Below, in pieces: positions 9,690 to 18,454 of a stretch of DNA of 42,427 nucleotides (the first letter of the stretch is position 1; every line of letters begins with the position of its first letter). Position numbers and translations under genes: made by a program. The DNA comes from an uncultured Myxococcales bacterium (GTDB lineage: Bacteria > Myxococcota > Kuafuiibacteriia > Kuafuiibacteriales > Kuafuiibacteriaceae): NCBI GenBank assembly GCA_964519665.1, contig CAZFIV010000059.1:1-42427 (forward strand), written 5' to 3'. The notes below the pieces were generated by a model. The model was not told the DNA's origin. It saw only the letters and a program-made list of their open reading frames with translations, and made no database searches.

Positions 9690-12008
9690 ATGTTCTTTAC
9701 CGACGTTCCCGCTCCGCGCACATCGATGATCGTCTGGTTCCTTGCCGCCGCGTCGCTGGTGCTTGGGCCCGCGGCCGCAGAGGCGGGACCCGCGGATGAA
9801 TCGGAGCCCACGCCCGGCACATTGGCGATCGAAGTCGGGAAGGGTTCGGATGCGGCCCCCTGGGTCGCGGCGGCGCTCGAGGCGCATCTCGCCCGTGAAC
9901 TTTCGACGTACGAACGGTTGAGCGTTCGTCACCCGGACGCGGCGGTCCATCAGGCTTGCGGTCAAGACCGCGGTTGCCGGTTGGCGCGATATCGCGAAAC
10001 CGGTGTCGACGTGCTGTTTGTGATGTCGGTTCGCGCTGACGCCATTCGTTACGAGCTTTACGAGACCTGGACTCCGTCCGAGGTCGACCGGGGCGCCATC
10101 GCACTCGGCGATATCTCGACCTTGATCGGGCTGCGGCAGCGCTTGCTGGCCGTTTTTACTCCGGTGCTCGCGCCTGGTGGCCTCCTTGACCAAAAGCCGT
10201 TTCGAACTTCGGGACGAGCGTTGAGCGGGGTCCCCGCGGTCCGCCCCGACCGCATAGCGGCGCTGCTCGCTGCGGTTGCGTTGTTCCTCGCTGTTCCTTG
10301 GGGTTTCGCATTCATGGTCCTTTCGGACCGGCGCCGGCTGTGGAGTCAGCGATGGCCGTCGCTGTGGGCGGCCACAGGGGCACTGGCGGTAGCGGCGGCG
10401 CTGATGCTGGGGGCTGGAGACCGGTTGACGGTGGGGCCATCCGCGTGGGTGCTGGGTCTGGTCGGTGGCGCGGCGTGGGGCACCTTCTTCGTGACCAACG
10501 TCCGATTCCTGGCGCCTCCACTGCCTGGGCTCGGCCGGGTGGAGCACCGAGACGTGTTTCGCCTGGTCGTCGCGTGGCTGGTCGTGGGTGGCACGCGATT
10601 CATCGGCCTGACGCTTTATTACCTTCCCTTTGCGTGGGTCACCTTCGAGATGGATGAGGGCCTTGGTCTGTCGTCGGAGGCGGCAATGATACTGCTCGCG
10701 CCGTCGGTGGGTCTGATGGCCCGCGGCTGGTTGTCGAGCTGGATGCACGTGGCGGCGCTGGTCCTCGATGAATGGTTGGTCATCGGCGAGGCTGGTCCCG
10801 ACAATCCGTGGCACCGCGAGGTCTCGAGGTATTTCACCGGCTACCTCCGCCGCACCGGGTGGGCGCTCGACCCCGAGATCCTCGACTCCCTCCTCTTTCT
10901 CCCCGGCGAGCGCGAAGGTGTCCGGTGCTACGGCGGCGGCGGGATTCCGGCCCGGGTGGTCATCGACGAGCGCCTGTTGATTTTGGCCATCGGGGCTCGC
11001 GACGACCGGGATGAAGACGGCGAAGCGGTGGCGGTGCCCGACTGGACGGCGGGACTCGTGATCGCGCAGTCCTCGCCGCCGCCGGCAGCTCGGCCGCGGC
11101 CTCGTCGGCAGCCTCGCTTACGCGGTCGGGCTCCGCTTGTTCGCCGGGAGCCGCTGACCTCCGAAACGGGCCATCAGCGCAAGCATCTCGGTCAGGCGGC
11201 AACGCTCTTGGGCTATGTGCGGCCGGAGCCCGAGGAGCATGTGCCGCTCATCGCGGACACCGTCGAAGACCTCGAGGTCGTGCGGGCCCTGCTCGCCGAG
11301 CACTATCAATGGTTCGCTCCGGATCCCGATGAAGACCACGATGACACCGATCCGACCGACAAAGACTTCTTGTTCGGCCCGCTCACCCACGCCGTCGGGC
11401 GGTTGATTCGCCAGGACAGCCGGCTCGGGATCTTCGCGCTCCTGGCCGCGGAGCGAGCCCACCGCAGTATGACAGTGGTACGTTGGCTGCACCGGCAGAT
11501 GACCGCGCTGGTGACCGGCCTCGTTGGACGCTCGGCCGTGGTCATCGCCGACGCCTACCCCGCGCTGCATTTCGCGGGTCATCATCACCTGCAGTATCTC
11601 GTGTACCGAGGGACGGGCCGCGAAGACCACTTGACGGTGCGAGCGAGCCTCGATGAGCTCGAGCGCACCTCGAGGCGCGCTCTAGGGAGGGTCGGCCGAG
11701 AAATGGTCGAAGCCGACCCGCCGACCCGCCCGGTGTTCGTGCGCCGCCTGGTTTGGCTGTCGAGCTTCCTCGCCGAACCACTGGTCGACCGCGGCGAACG
11801 TCGGCTTCGTTGGGCGGCAACGACGCTCATGGTGTTGGTAGCGCTCGGCGGACTGGGCGGCTCTGTCTATCGGGCCGTCCGCTACCACCCGGTATACATC
11901 GAACGAATGGCGGAGCAGGAGCGCCGCCGGCAACGGGTCGATCACCAAGAAGCTCAAGAGAACGAAGGAGCTGCATCGCATGTCGGAAAAAGAAACGCCT
12001 CCGAGTAG
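9690..12008 (+). CDS. large polytopic membrane protein, unknown function (first gene of 7-gene coupled operon)
   Basis: 772 aa with an N-terminal signal-like hydrophobic segment (MIVWFLAAASLVLGPAAAEA), a central cluster of about 6 TM helices, a cytoplasmic region and a C-terminal TM segment. It overlaps the next gene by 29 nt. Confidence 0.55.
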   Translation: MFFTDVPAPRTSMIVWFLAAASLVLGPAAAEAGPADESEPTPGTLAIEVGKGSDAAPWVAAALEAHLARELSTYERLSVRHPDAAVHQACGQDRGCRLARYRETGVDVLFVMSVRADAIRYELYETWTPSEVDRGAIALGDISTLIGLRQRLLAVFTPVLAPGGLLDQKPFRTSGRALSGVPAVRPDRIAALLAAVALFLAVPWGFAFMVLSDRRRLWSQRWPSLWAATGALAVAAALMLGAGDRLTVGPSAWVLGLVGGAAWGTFFVTNVRFLAPPLPGLGRVEHRDVFRLVVAWLVVGGTRFIGLTLYYLPFAWVTFEMDEGLGLSSEAAMILLAPSVGLMARGWLSSWMHVAALVLDEWLVIGEAGPDNPWHREVSRYFTGYLRRTGWALDPEILDSLLFLPGEREGVRCYGGGGIPARVVIDERLLILAIGARDDRDEDGEAVAVPDWTAGLVIAQSSPPPAARPRPRRQPRLRGRAPLVRREPLTSETGHQRKHLGQAATLLGYVRPEPEEHVPLIADTVEDLEVVRALLAEHYQWFAPDPDEDHDDTDPTDKDFLFGPLTHAVGRLIRQDSRLGIFALLAAERAHRSMTVVRWLHRQMTALVTGLVGRSAVVIADAYPALHFAGHHHLQYLVYRGTGREDHLTVRASLDELERTSRRALGRVGREMVEADPPTRPVFVRRLVWLSSFLAEPLVDRGERRLRWAATTLMVLVALGGLGGSVYRAVRYHPVYIERMAEQERRRQRVDHQEAQENEGAASHVGKRNASE

Positions 12009-12834
12009 CCCGGCGGCCGGTTCAGCCGGCGAAGCACCGGAACCACAGTTCTTCGAGACGGTGCATCGCTCTCGCCTCGCCATCAACAAAGCGAGAGCGG
12101 GGGCCGGCGTAGCGGGCTTGCTCGGGTTCGGGGCGCTGTTCGTCGTAGCGGCGGTCTTCTTCGTGACCGAGAGCTACTTCATCTCGATGATGATGATCTC
12201 TTTTGCGCTGCTCATCTACGTGTCCGGCGCCGAGCTGGTAAAGCTGTTCCTTTCGACGGTGACCGTCTTCTTTTCGAGTAAGCACGTCATCGATCGGGCT
12301 TCGTACCTGCAAGAAACGCTGGTGCCCATGCAGAGATTCTTGCAGGTCCGACTCGATACGACCGGGACGGTCAAGCTCAGCGCGATCCAGCCGGGAGCGA
12401 CGGTCAAGCTGCCCGACAATCCGCTTTCGCGCGACATCGCCACTATCTTGGATGGCAAAGAAGAGCCCACAGAGTATCTTCAATACATCGCGCACGCCTA
12501 TTACGCCGAGTGCCACGAGCTCTACGACTACTCGAGCGCTCACCTCGAGTTCGTCGCGCAGACCATGCCGCTGTTCGGCTTGATCGGCACCATCGTCGGC
12601 CTGATCGGCATGTTCGACAGCCTGAGCGCCGACGTCACCGTCGAGTTCGTTTCGCCGCAGCTGGCCCTGGCACTCAAGACCACCCTGTACGGGGCGGTCT
12701 TCTCGTCGATCTATAAGATCATCGCCTCCCGCTTCGACCAGCGGCTCAAGGCGCTGGACTACGACTTCGAGACCTTCTGCCGGGCGCTCGAAGTCCTTAT
12801 CGAGAGCAAGGCAAAAGTGAGGGTCGGCTCATGA
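11980..12834 (+). CDS. MotA/TolQ/ExbB-family proton-channel protein
   Basis: 284 aa with a 2+2 TM topology and a roughly 120-aa cytoplasmic loop. The C-terminal MotA_ExbB signature is MPLFGLIGTIVGLIGMF...LALALKTTLYGAVFSSIYKII. The 4-nt overlap with the next gene indicates translational coupling. Confidence 0.8.
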   Translation: MSEKETPPSSPAAGSAGEAPEPQFFETVHRSRLAINKARAGAGVAGLLGFGALFVVAAVFFVTESYFISMMMISFALLIYVSGAELVKLFLSTVTVFFSSKHVIDRASYLQETLVPMQRFLQVRLDTTGTVKLSAIQPGATVKLPDNPLSRDIATILDGKEEPTEYLQYIAHAYYAECHELYDYSSAHLEFVAQTMPLFGLIGTIVGLIGMFDSLSADVTVEFVSPQLALALKTTLYGAVFSSIYKIIASRFDQRLKALDYDFETFCRALEVLIESKAKVRVGS

Positions 12835-13436
12835 AGCGCGTTTACGTGCTCCCGCGCGCCCCTCGGCGAGGAGGCGAAGTATGGCAGATCATCTATATGG
12901 ATTTGATCACCATCGTCATGGTGTTCTTCGTCATCCTGTGGTCCATCAATCAAGGTCGCGACGACAGCTCCGCCGATTCAACGGGAGACGAGACGACCCG
13001 CAAGGTGAATCTCCCCGGCGATGTTCTGTTTCCATCCGGCAAGTCCGAGCTCACCCCTGAAGGCAAAGAAGTGTTCAGCAAGTTGTTCGAAGAGGGCACT
13101 GACGAGGTCCTCAACTTCGATCTCGGGGGGCTCAATCGTCGTCTATTGATCATCCACGGGCACACCGACAGCGATGGCGACAAGATCAACAACTTTGGTC
13201 TCGGCTACCGGCGGGCGTTCTCGGTGTACCGAGAGATCGAGTTCTATGGCCCGCAGGTCGCCGACCACGTCGTCATCTGCACGCATGCCGACAACTCGCC
13301 GGTCCAAAGAACGCCGGCCTTCCAGGGCCGCCTGAGCCCGGCCCAGCGGGAGGCGTTGCGCGAAGCGAAGTCCCGCAACCGGCGCATCACCATCGAGGAT
13401 AAGATCGTCAGCGTGACGGCGGTCGACGAAGAGTGA
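12831..13436 (+). CDS. MotB/TolR-like stator subunit with OmpA-like peptidoglycan-binding C-terminal domain
   Basis: 201 aa. The N-terminal segment WQIIYMDLITIVMVFFVILW matches the MotB TM/plug region with the conserved protonatable Asp. The C-terminal GHTDSDG...N..LGYRRAFSV matches the OmpA-like motif. Confidence 0.8.
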   Translation: MKRVYVLPRAPRRGGEVWQIIYMDLITIVMVFFVILWSINQGRDDSSADSTGDETTRKVNLPGDVLFPSGKSELTPEGKEVFSKLFEEGTDEVLNFDLGGLNRRLLIIHGHTDSDGDKINNFGLGYRRAFSVYREIEFYGPQVADHVVICTHADNSPVQRTPAFQGRLSPAQREALREAKSRNRRITIEDKIVSVTAVDEE

Positions 13437-13442
13437 CGCCCT

Positions 13443-15059
13443 ATGCGGATCGGCGCCAAGAGTATCACCGGGTTTACACTTTTGGTCGCGAGTACCCTCA
13501 CCGCGGTGTCTTTGGGGCGCCTGAGGGCGGACTATCTCGCGCAGCTCGACCCGTGGACGAGTTTTGCGGTCGGGGCCTTCGCGGTCGTGGCGGCCCGGGC
13601 CGTCTTTCACTTCGGGCGCCTCGGTCAGTCCAGCGAGAATTTTCTCCGTATCGGCGGGGCCGACGGCGCTCGGGTCGAACGGGAAGACCCTTTCGGCCAG
13701 GGCCCCCGACGTCAGCCGATCTGGTGGCGAAGGACCCGCGCCGGGCTGTTGCAGACCGCCTACGTGGCGATATTTCTGCAGGTCGGGCTGGTGACCCTCG
13801 ACAACCGCGGCGTCGCGCTGCTCGCGGCCTTGCCGGCCGCGTTCGGCCCCTCCAGCTACGAGTACTGTCTCGAAGAACAAGCACCGGAACCCGAGGGCCC
13901 CGAGCTCGCGGGCTGCAGTCTGATCAGGAGAGCCTACGAACTCGGCTATGCCAGCGATCTTGGGCCCTGCGCACCGAAGGAAGAGGAGGTCGCCGATGCC
14001 GTTTGCGACCGCCGTCAGCTCGACGAACCGTATCTTCACTACGCATGGCGACTCCTCGGGGCGCGCCGCGCCGACCTCCTGCCGGACGCTCGAGAAGGGG
14101 TGCAGGCGGCGCTGACCAAGATCGATGAGCAGTGGGAGCATCTGGGTGACCTCGTGCTCGCTCAGCGGGATCCGATCGCTCGGACCCCGCGCGCTTCGCA
14201 CCATCTATTCACCAATCTGCCGCCGCCGCGCGAAGACGTGGTCGGCCGGGTGGTGGATGTGCTCGACGCGGCGGCTTGCGATCGACGGGCGATGAACATG
14301 CCTCCGCTGGTGGCCGTCTCGGAACAGACGAACGCTTCGAGCTCGATCGTCGAGCACGTCGTCGGACATCTGCTGTTCAATCCCGCTTATCCCACGGTGG
14401 TCGGTTCCTGCCGCGAATTCACGATCCACTGGGCAGCGTCGACCGATATCTGCGACCGGTTGGTCGAGGGACCGGCCGGCGTTCTAGAAAACGACCGGAC
14501 CCTCGCCGGGGTGCGAACAGTGATGGCCCGGTACCGGCGCGCACTCGTAACCTGGGAACTGGCCGGCGAAAGTGGAGCGGGCCCCATACCTCCTCGGCCG
14601 CCCCCGCTGAAGAAGATCGTGAGTTTCCAGTGCTTCATGGTCGACCGAACGTCTTCTTCGGTGGCGACCCCAGTCACGTCGCGTACGACGACCCTGCACG
14701 GCCATACCTTGAGCGTACGCTTGACTCGGGTGGCGCCCTTCGGTGCCGACGTGCGCGACCAGATCGGTACGTTCAAGCACCTGTCTCGTCTGCTCGCGCC
14801 GGGCTTCGGGTACGGGTCGCTGCAGAGCGAACAATCGTTGGTCGAGGCCGCGGCGGGATTGTCGGTGGCCAAGCAATTCACCAATGACCGAGACCTGCTG
14901 AGCAAGCTCGAGCTCTTGCGAGAGACGGACATCTTTCTCGGTCACGAATGGCTCGACCGACGACCGGACCTGTTGGTCGTATATCCGTACCACGTGCATC
15001 TGAACAATTTCGTCGAGGCGTTTCGTAGGCACTATCAGCACGCGAGGACCCGACTATGA
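13443..15059 (+). CDS. hypothetical membrane-anchored protein (4 N-terminal TM helices, large soluble domain)
   Basis: 538-aa ORF with GC-rich third positions, beginning 7 nt after the MotB-like stop. No recognisable domain. Confidence 0.5.
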   Translation: MRIGAKSITGFTLLVASTLTAVSLGRLRADYLAQLDPWTSFAVGAFAVVAARAVFHFGRLGQSSENFLRIGGADGARVEREDPFGQGPRRQPIWWRRTRAGLLQTAYVAIFLQVGLVTLDNRGVALLAALPAAFGPSSYEYCLEEQAPEPEGPELAGCSLIRRAYELGYASDLGPCAPKEEEVADAVCDRRQLDEPYLHYAWRLLGARRADLLPDAREGVQAALTKIDEQWEHLGDLVLAQRDPIARTPRASHHLFTNLPPPREDVVGRVVDVLDAAACDRRAMNMPPLVAVSEQTNASSSIVEHVVGHLLFNPAYPTVVGSCREFTIHWAASTDICDRLVEGPAGVLENDRTLAGVRTVMARYRRALVTWELAGESGAGPIPPRPPPLKKIVSFQCFMVDRTSSSVATPVTSRTTTLHGHTLSVRLTRVAPFGADVRDQIGTFKHLSRLLAPGFGYGSLQSEQSLVEAAAGLSVAKQFTNDRDLLSKLELLRETDIFLGHEWLDRRPDLLVVYPYHVHLNNFVEAFRRHYQHARTRL

Positions 15060-15688
15060 GCGGCGTGGGTTCGGCGGGGGTCGTCATCTCGATGCTCATG
15101 GCGACCGGGGCGCCCTCTATTATGGAAGCGGGCGACAGCAGTGACGTCCGGCGCCGCACTCTGGAAGATACCTTCGTGGCCTTTCGAGCAATGGACGAGG
15201 CGTCACGAACTCGAATCTTCAACTATATTTATAGAATCGAGCGAGATAAGTGCCAGGCGCCGCTGAGAAGCCTGAAGGTGGGCTGCCTGCTCGAGGCGGC
15301 GCGCCGAAACTGCCGACGGCGCGGGGTCCATCAGCGAAAAGAGTGTCGCCGGGTCTCGGATGTCATCGTCGCCAATCGGCTGAGCGAGCCGAGGTTTCTG
15401 ACCCGTTCCGACCGCTACCAAATTATGAAAGAAAGCGACAACTATCGCGACGGGCTGTCGGCGGAGCTTCGCCGACGCTATGCGCGTTTGGTGACCGGGC
15501 TGTACCTCAAAGTGCCGGTGCCTGCCGACGCGGCGCCCGAAACCTTGGCCGCGGCCGTAGACGGATACTGTCTCGACATTGCGGGGCAACGCAGCCGACT
15601 GTCGTGGACGCACTGCGCCGCCGCGGTGGTCTGGTTTATCGGTACGAGCCCGAGCGAAGCGTCGGTTGACAAGGCGGTGGGGCCATGA
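15056..15688 (+). CDS. hypothetical Cys-rich protein
   Basis: 210 aa with 4-nt overlaps at both ends (ATGA coupling). No recognisable domain. Confidence 0.45.
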   Translation: MSGVGSAGVVISMLMATGAPSIMEAGDSSDVRRRTLEDTFVAFRAMDEASRTRIFNYIYRIERDKCQAPLRSLKVGCLLEAARRNCRRRGVHQRKECRRVSDVIVANRLSEPRFLTRSDRYQIMKESDNYRDGLSAELRRRYARLVTGLYLKVPVPADAAPETLAAAVDGYCLDIAGQRSRLSWTHCAAAVVWFIGTSPSEASVDKAVGP

Positions 15689-16848
15689 CCCGTGCACTGC
15701 TGCGGCACTTGGCGAACGAGACCAGCAAGCTTCAGCAGGCGGGGCTCTACAAGCAGGAAGTTGCCGACGAGCGCGATGCGCCGAGCGGGTCCATCGACTT
15801 CACGAGCGGCGACGTCCTCGGCCTCGAGCATCGACCCGAGGTGGCCGACGCGGCTGTCGCCGCCATTCGCGAACACGGGCCTGGGCGGTCGTCGCCACGT
15901 CTGTTTGGTGGCACGCTGTCGATTCACCAGAGGTTGGAGGCGAGGGTCGCTTCGCTGATCGGTGTACCCGAAGCGATCGTGTACGCCAGCGGCTATCTCG
16001 GCAACGTCGGTCTATTCGATACGATGTTCGATGCGCGGGACTGTATTCTCGTCGACGCTGCGGTCCATCCCAGCTTGGCCGAGGGCATTCGACTCTCCGG
16101 GGCCCGGGCCTTGCCTTACGTCAGTGAGGATCTCGAGAGTCTAGACGACCGGCTGCGACGGTCGCGAACGGCCCGATTCCGAGTCGTGGTGACCGATGGC
16201 GTCTTTCCTTTGAGTGGAAATCTTGCACCACTGGGCGAGCTGTGCGATCTCGCGGACCGCTACGACGCGCTGGTGGTCGTGTACGACGCATTGGGCGTCG
16301 GTGTTCTCGGCGACGGGCAAGGGGGCAGCGTCGAAAAGTGGGGCGTCGCGGGTCGGGTGGACCTGGTCACCGGGACGTTCGTCGATGTGCTCGGTGGAGC
16401 AGGGGGGGGCTATGTGGCTGGTCGGCCGGAGATGATCTCGTGGCTGCGCCAGAAGTCCACGCCTTATCTATTCTCGGGTGCGCTCCCACCCGGAAACGCC
16501 GCCGCTGCCCAGGCCGCGATCGAGCTGGTGAGCAGCGGCCAAGCGCCCGCCCGCGAGGTCCTGGCTTTGACCACGGCCTTCAAAGAGCAGCTCGAGGGCC
16601 GAGGGTTCGACGTTCAAGGTGACGGGCACGCCATCCTCACGGTCGTCGTCGGCAACGCGGTGACGCTGCAGCGGATGGTCAACCAGCTGGGGGAGCTCGA
16701 TGTGCGGGTGCAGGGTATGTGCTATCCTGTTGTGCCCGAGAACATGGCACGCATTCAGTTCAGGATCACCGCGGCTCACACCGAGGCGGTGCTGAGCACT
16801 GCGGTTGAACGTCTGGCGCAAGCGGCCCAAACACTGCACCTCCTATGA
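15685..16848 (+). CDS. alpha-oxoamine synthase family (AONS/KBL/serine palmitoyltransferase-like) PLP-fold protein lacking the catalytic Lys; predicted pseudoenzyme
   Basis: 387 aa with the class-II aminotransferase fold (HPSLAEG ~ HAS motif; GTFVDVLGGAGGGYVAG ~ GTFSKALGxxGGY). The Schiff-base Lys position is Asp (T-F-V-D), and the D-x-A-H motif is VYDALGVG, with His replaced by Leu. Confidence 0.7.
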   Translation: MTRALLRHLANETSKLQQAGLYKQEVADERDAPSGSIDFTSGDVLGLEHRPEVADAAVAAIREHGPGRSSPRLFGGTLSIHQRLEARVASLIGVPEAIVYASGYLGNVGLFDTMFDARDCILVDAAVHPSLAEGIRLSGARALPYVSEDLESLDDRLRRSRTARFRVVVTDGVFPLSGNLAPLGELCDLADRYDALVVVYDALGVGVLGDGQGGSVEKWGVAGRVDLVTGTFVDVLGGAGGGYVAGRPEMISWLRQKSTPYLFSGALPPGNAAAAQAAIELVSSGQAPAREVLALTTAFKEQLEGRGFDVQGDGHAILTVVVGNAVTLQRMVNQLGELDVRVQGMCYPVVPENMARIQFRITAAHTEAVLSTAVERLAQAAQTLHLL

Positions 16849-18422
16849 CGGTGAACGAGTCTTCGACGGACCTGCGGCGAAGGATGGCCCTTCGATTCTC
16901 TGGGACGACCGCGGACCTACCGCGGTCGATCTTCGGCCGCCTCCGCTACGCCTCCGGTATCGCCAGCCTAGGCGGATTTCGAAGGCTCGTCCGAATCCTG
17001 CCCGACAGCGAGACCCGGGCCGTGGCTGACCAGAAGGCGGTCGAGAACATCGTGCTGTCGCTCGGCCGGCTCAAGGGCGTGCCGATGAAGTTAGGGCAGC
17101 TGGCGGGGTATGCCGACTCCGGTGTTCCGCCGGCGCTGCGGCCGGCCTTCGCGGCCCTCGAAACCCACGCCCAGGCGGTACCCGTGGCCCACATGCGCGC
17201 GGTGCTGGATAAAGAGCTCGGGCCGCGCGCAGACGAGCTGTGGACGACCATGAGCTGGACCCCAGTCGCGGTCGGCACGCTCGGTCAGGTATACCGGGCG
17301 GAGCTCGACGGGACGCCCGTCGCGGTCAAGATTCGATACCCGGACATCGAGAGGACGATCCGCCTCGATTTTCGCCCGGCCGCCCTCGGCTCTCAGGCGA
17401 TGGACGCCTTTCGCCGCCGGGGGCGACGAGGCGATGCGACCATCAAAGAAATCATGGGTCGTATCCTCGACGAGTGCGACTACCGCCAAGAAGCAGAGCG
17501 GCAGCAAGCCTTCGCTCACGCCTTCGACGAGCATCCGGTCATCACCGTGCCGCAGATCTTTTCAGAATATTCGACGCCGGCCGTCCTGACCACCGAGCTC
17601 GCGGAAGGGCAGCACCTCGACGAATACCTGGCGACGAAGCCGAATGTCGAAGCACGGGAGCGCGCAGGGCTGGCGTTGTTCGACTTCTACGTCGGGTCGT
17701 TGTTCGTGTTGGGGGCGTACAACTCGGACCCGCACGCCGGAAACTACATCTTTACCGACGATGGCCGAGTCGTCGTGTTCGATCACGGCGCGGGCCGAAC
17801 CTTTTCGAGCGTCCCGATCAGTGCGATCCGATACCTGGGGCAAGCGATGCTCAGCGACGACTGGGCCGGGGTTCGCGAGGCCCTCGGGGCCCTCGGAATC
17901 GTGCCCAGCCGAGAGCGGCTCGATGAAGCGCCGCTGCGGCGGGTGCTGACCTGGCTGTTCGAGCCGATGCTCGCGCCCGACGAGTCGCAGTGGACCTTGC
18001 CGAACGCGGAGGAGGTCGGTGCGATCACCAAGTGCGTGCGGGAGTACAAGGCGATCGAGCTTCCGTCGGAGCTGGTCTTCTTGATTCGGCTTCGGGTCGC
18101 GCTATCGGCCGTGTTGGCTCGGCTCGGAGTGCAGGCCAACTGGCGAGAGGTTCTCGGTGCCCATCTCCAGGGTGACTTCTTTCTTCGGCCCCCCCCGCTC
18201 GATGTGGTGCTCGTCGAGCCCGGTCCCCGTCCGATCGAGCTGCTACGGGTCTTGCGGGACGAGCTCGGCGGTGCGGTCACCGAGGCCAAGGCGCTGATCG
18301 ACGCCGTCCCCTGCGTAGTGCGGTCCGAGCTCGACCGAGACGTAGCGAGGGCCGTCGGGGCACGACTCACCGCAGCCGGAGCAAAAGTCGACCTGCGAAC
18401 GCCCCCGGAAGCGCGTTCCTAA
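16845..18422 (+). CDS. ABC1/UbiB-family atypical protein kinase fused to a C-terminal ribosomal L7/L12 C-terminal-like domain
   Basis: 525 aa. The ABC1 signature is WTPVAVGTLGQVYRAELDGTPVAVKIRYPDIERTI plus a downstream catalytic HAGN motif. The last ~70 aa (LDVVLVEPGPRPIELLRVLRDELGGAVTEAKALIDAVPCVVRSELDRDVARAVGARLTAAGAKVDLR) align colinearly with the bL12 CTD (FDViL..GanKvaViKavR..tGLGLKEAKdLVEsaP..lKegvsKddAEalKkaLEeAGAeVevK). Confidence 0.75.
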   Translation: MTVNESSTDLRRRMALRFSGTTADLPRSIFGRLRYASGIASLGGFRRLVRILPDSETRAVADQKAVENIVLSLGRLKGVPMKLGQLAGYADSGVPPALRPAFAALETHAQAVPVAHMRAVLDKELGPRADELWTTMSWTPVAVGTLGQVYRAELDGTPVAVKIRYPDIERTIRLDFRPAALGSQAMDAFRRRGRRGDATIKEIMGRILDECDYRQEAERQQAFAHAFDEHPVITVPQIFSEYSTPAVLTTELAEGQHLDEYLATKPNVEARERAGLALFDFYVGSLFVLGAYNSDPHAGNYIFTDDGRVVVFDHGAGRTFSSVPISAIRYLGQAMLSDDWAGVREALGALGIVPSRERLDEAPLRRVLTWLFEPMLAPDESQWTLPNAEEVGAITKCVREYKAIELPSELVFLIRLRVALSAVLARLGVQANWREVLGAHLQGDFFLRPPPLDVVLVEPGPRPIELLRVLRDELGGAVTEAKALIDAVPCVVRSELDRDVARAVGARLTAAGAKVDLRTPPEARS

Positions 18423-18437
18423 CCTCGCAAGCCGAGG
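18423..18437. terminator. short GC hairpin (cctcg-caagc-cgagg) in the 32-bp spacer between convergent genes
   Basis: 5-bp stem immediately after the TAA stop of the kinase gene. It sits between the convergent gene ends at 18422 and 18455 and is weak (no U-tract). Confidence 0.25.
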
Positions 18438-18454
18438 CCGAGCGGGCCTTTCGA

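Noticed and set aside
11980-13436. Zorya (ZorA/ZorB) anti-phage system as the identity of the MotA/MotB-like pair
   Set aside because: The MotA-like protein is short (284 aa) and lacks the long ZorA C-terminal tail. No ZorC/ZorD-like (nuclease/helicase) or ZorE (HNH) genes follow. Instead the pair is embedded in a seven-gene coupled operon with unrelated partners.
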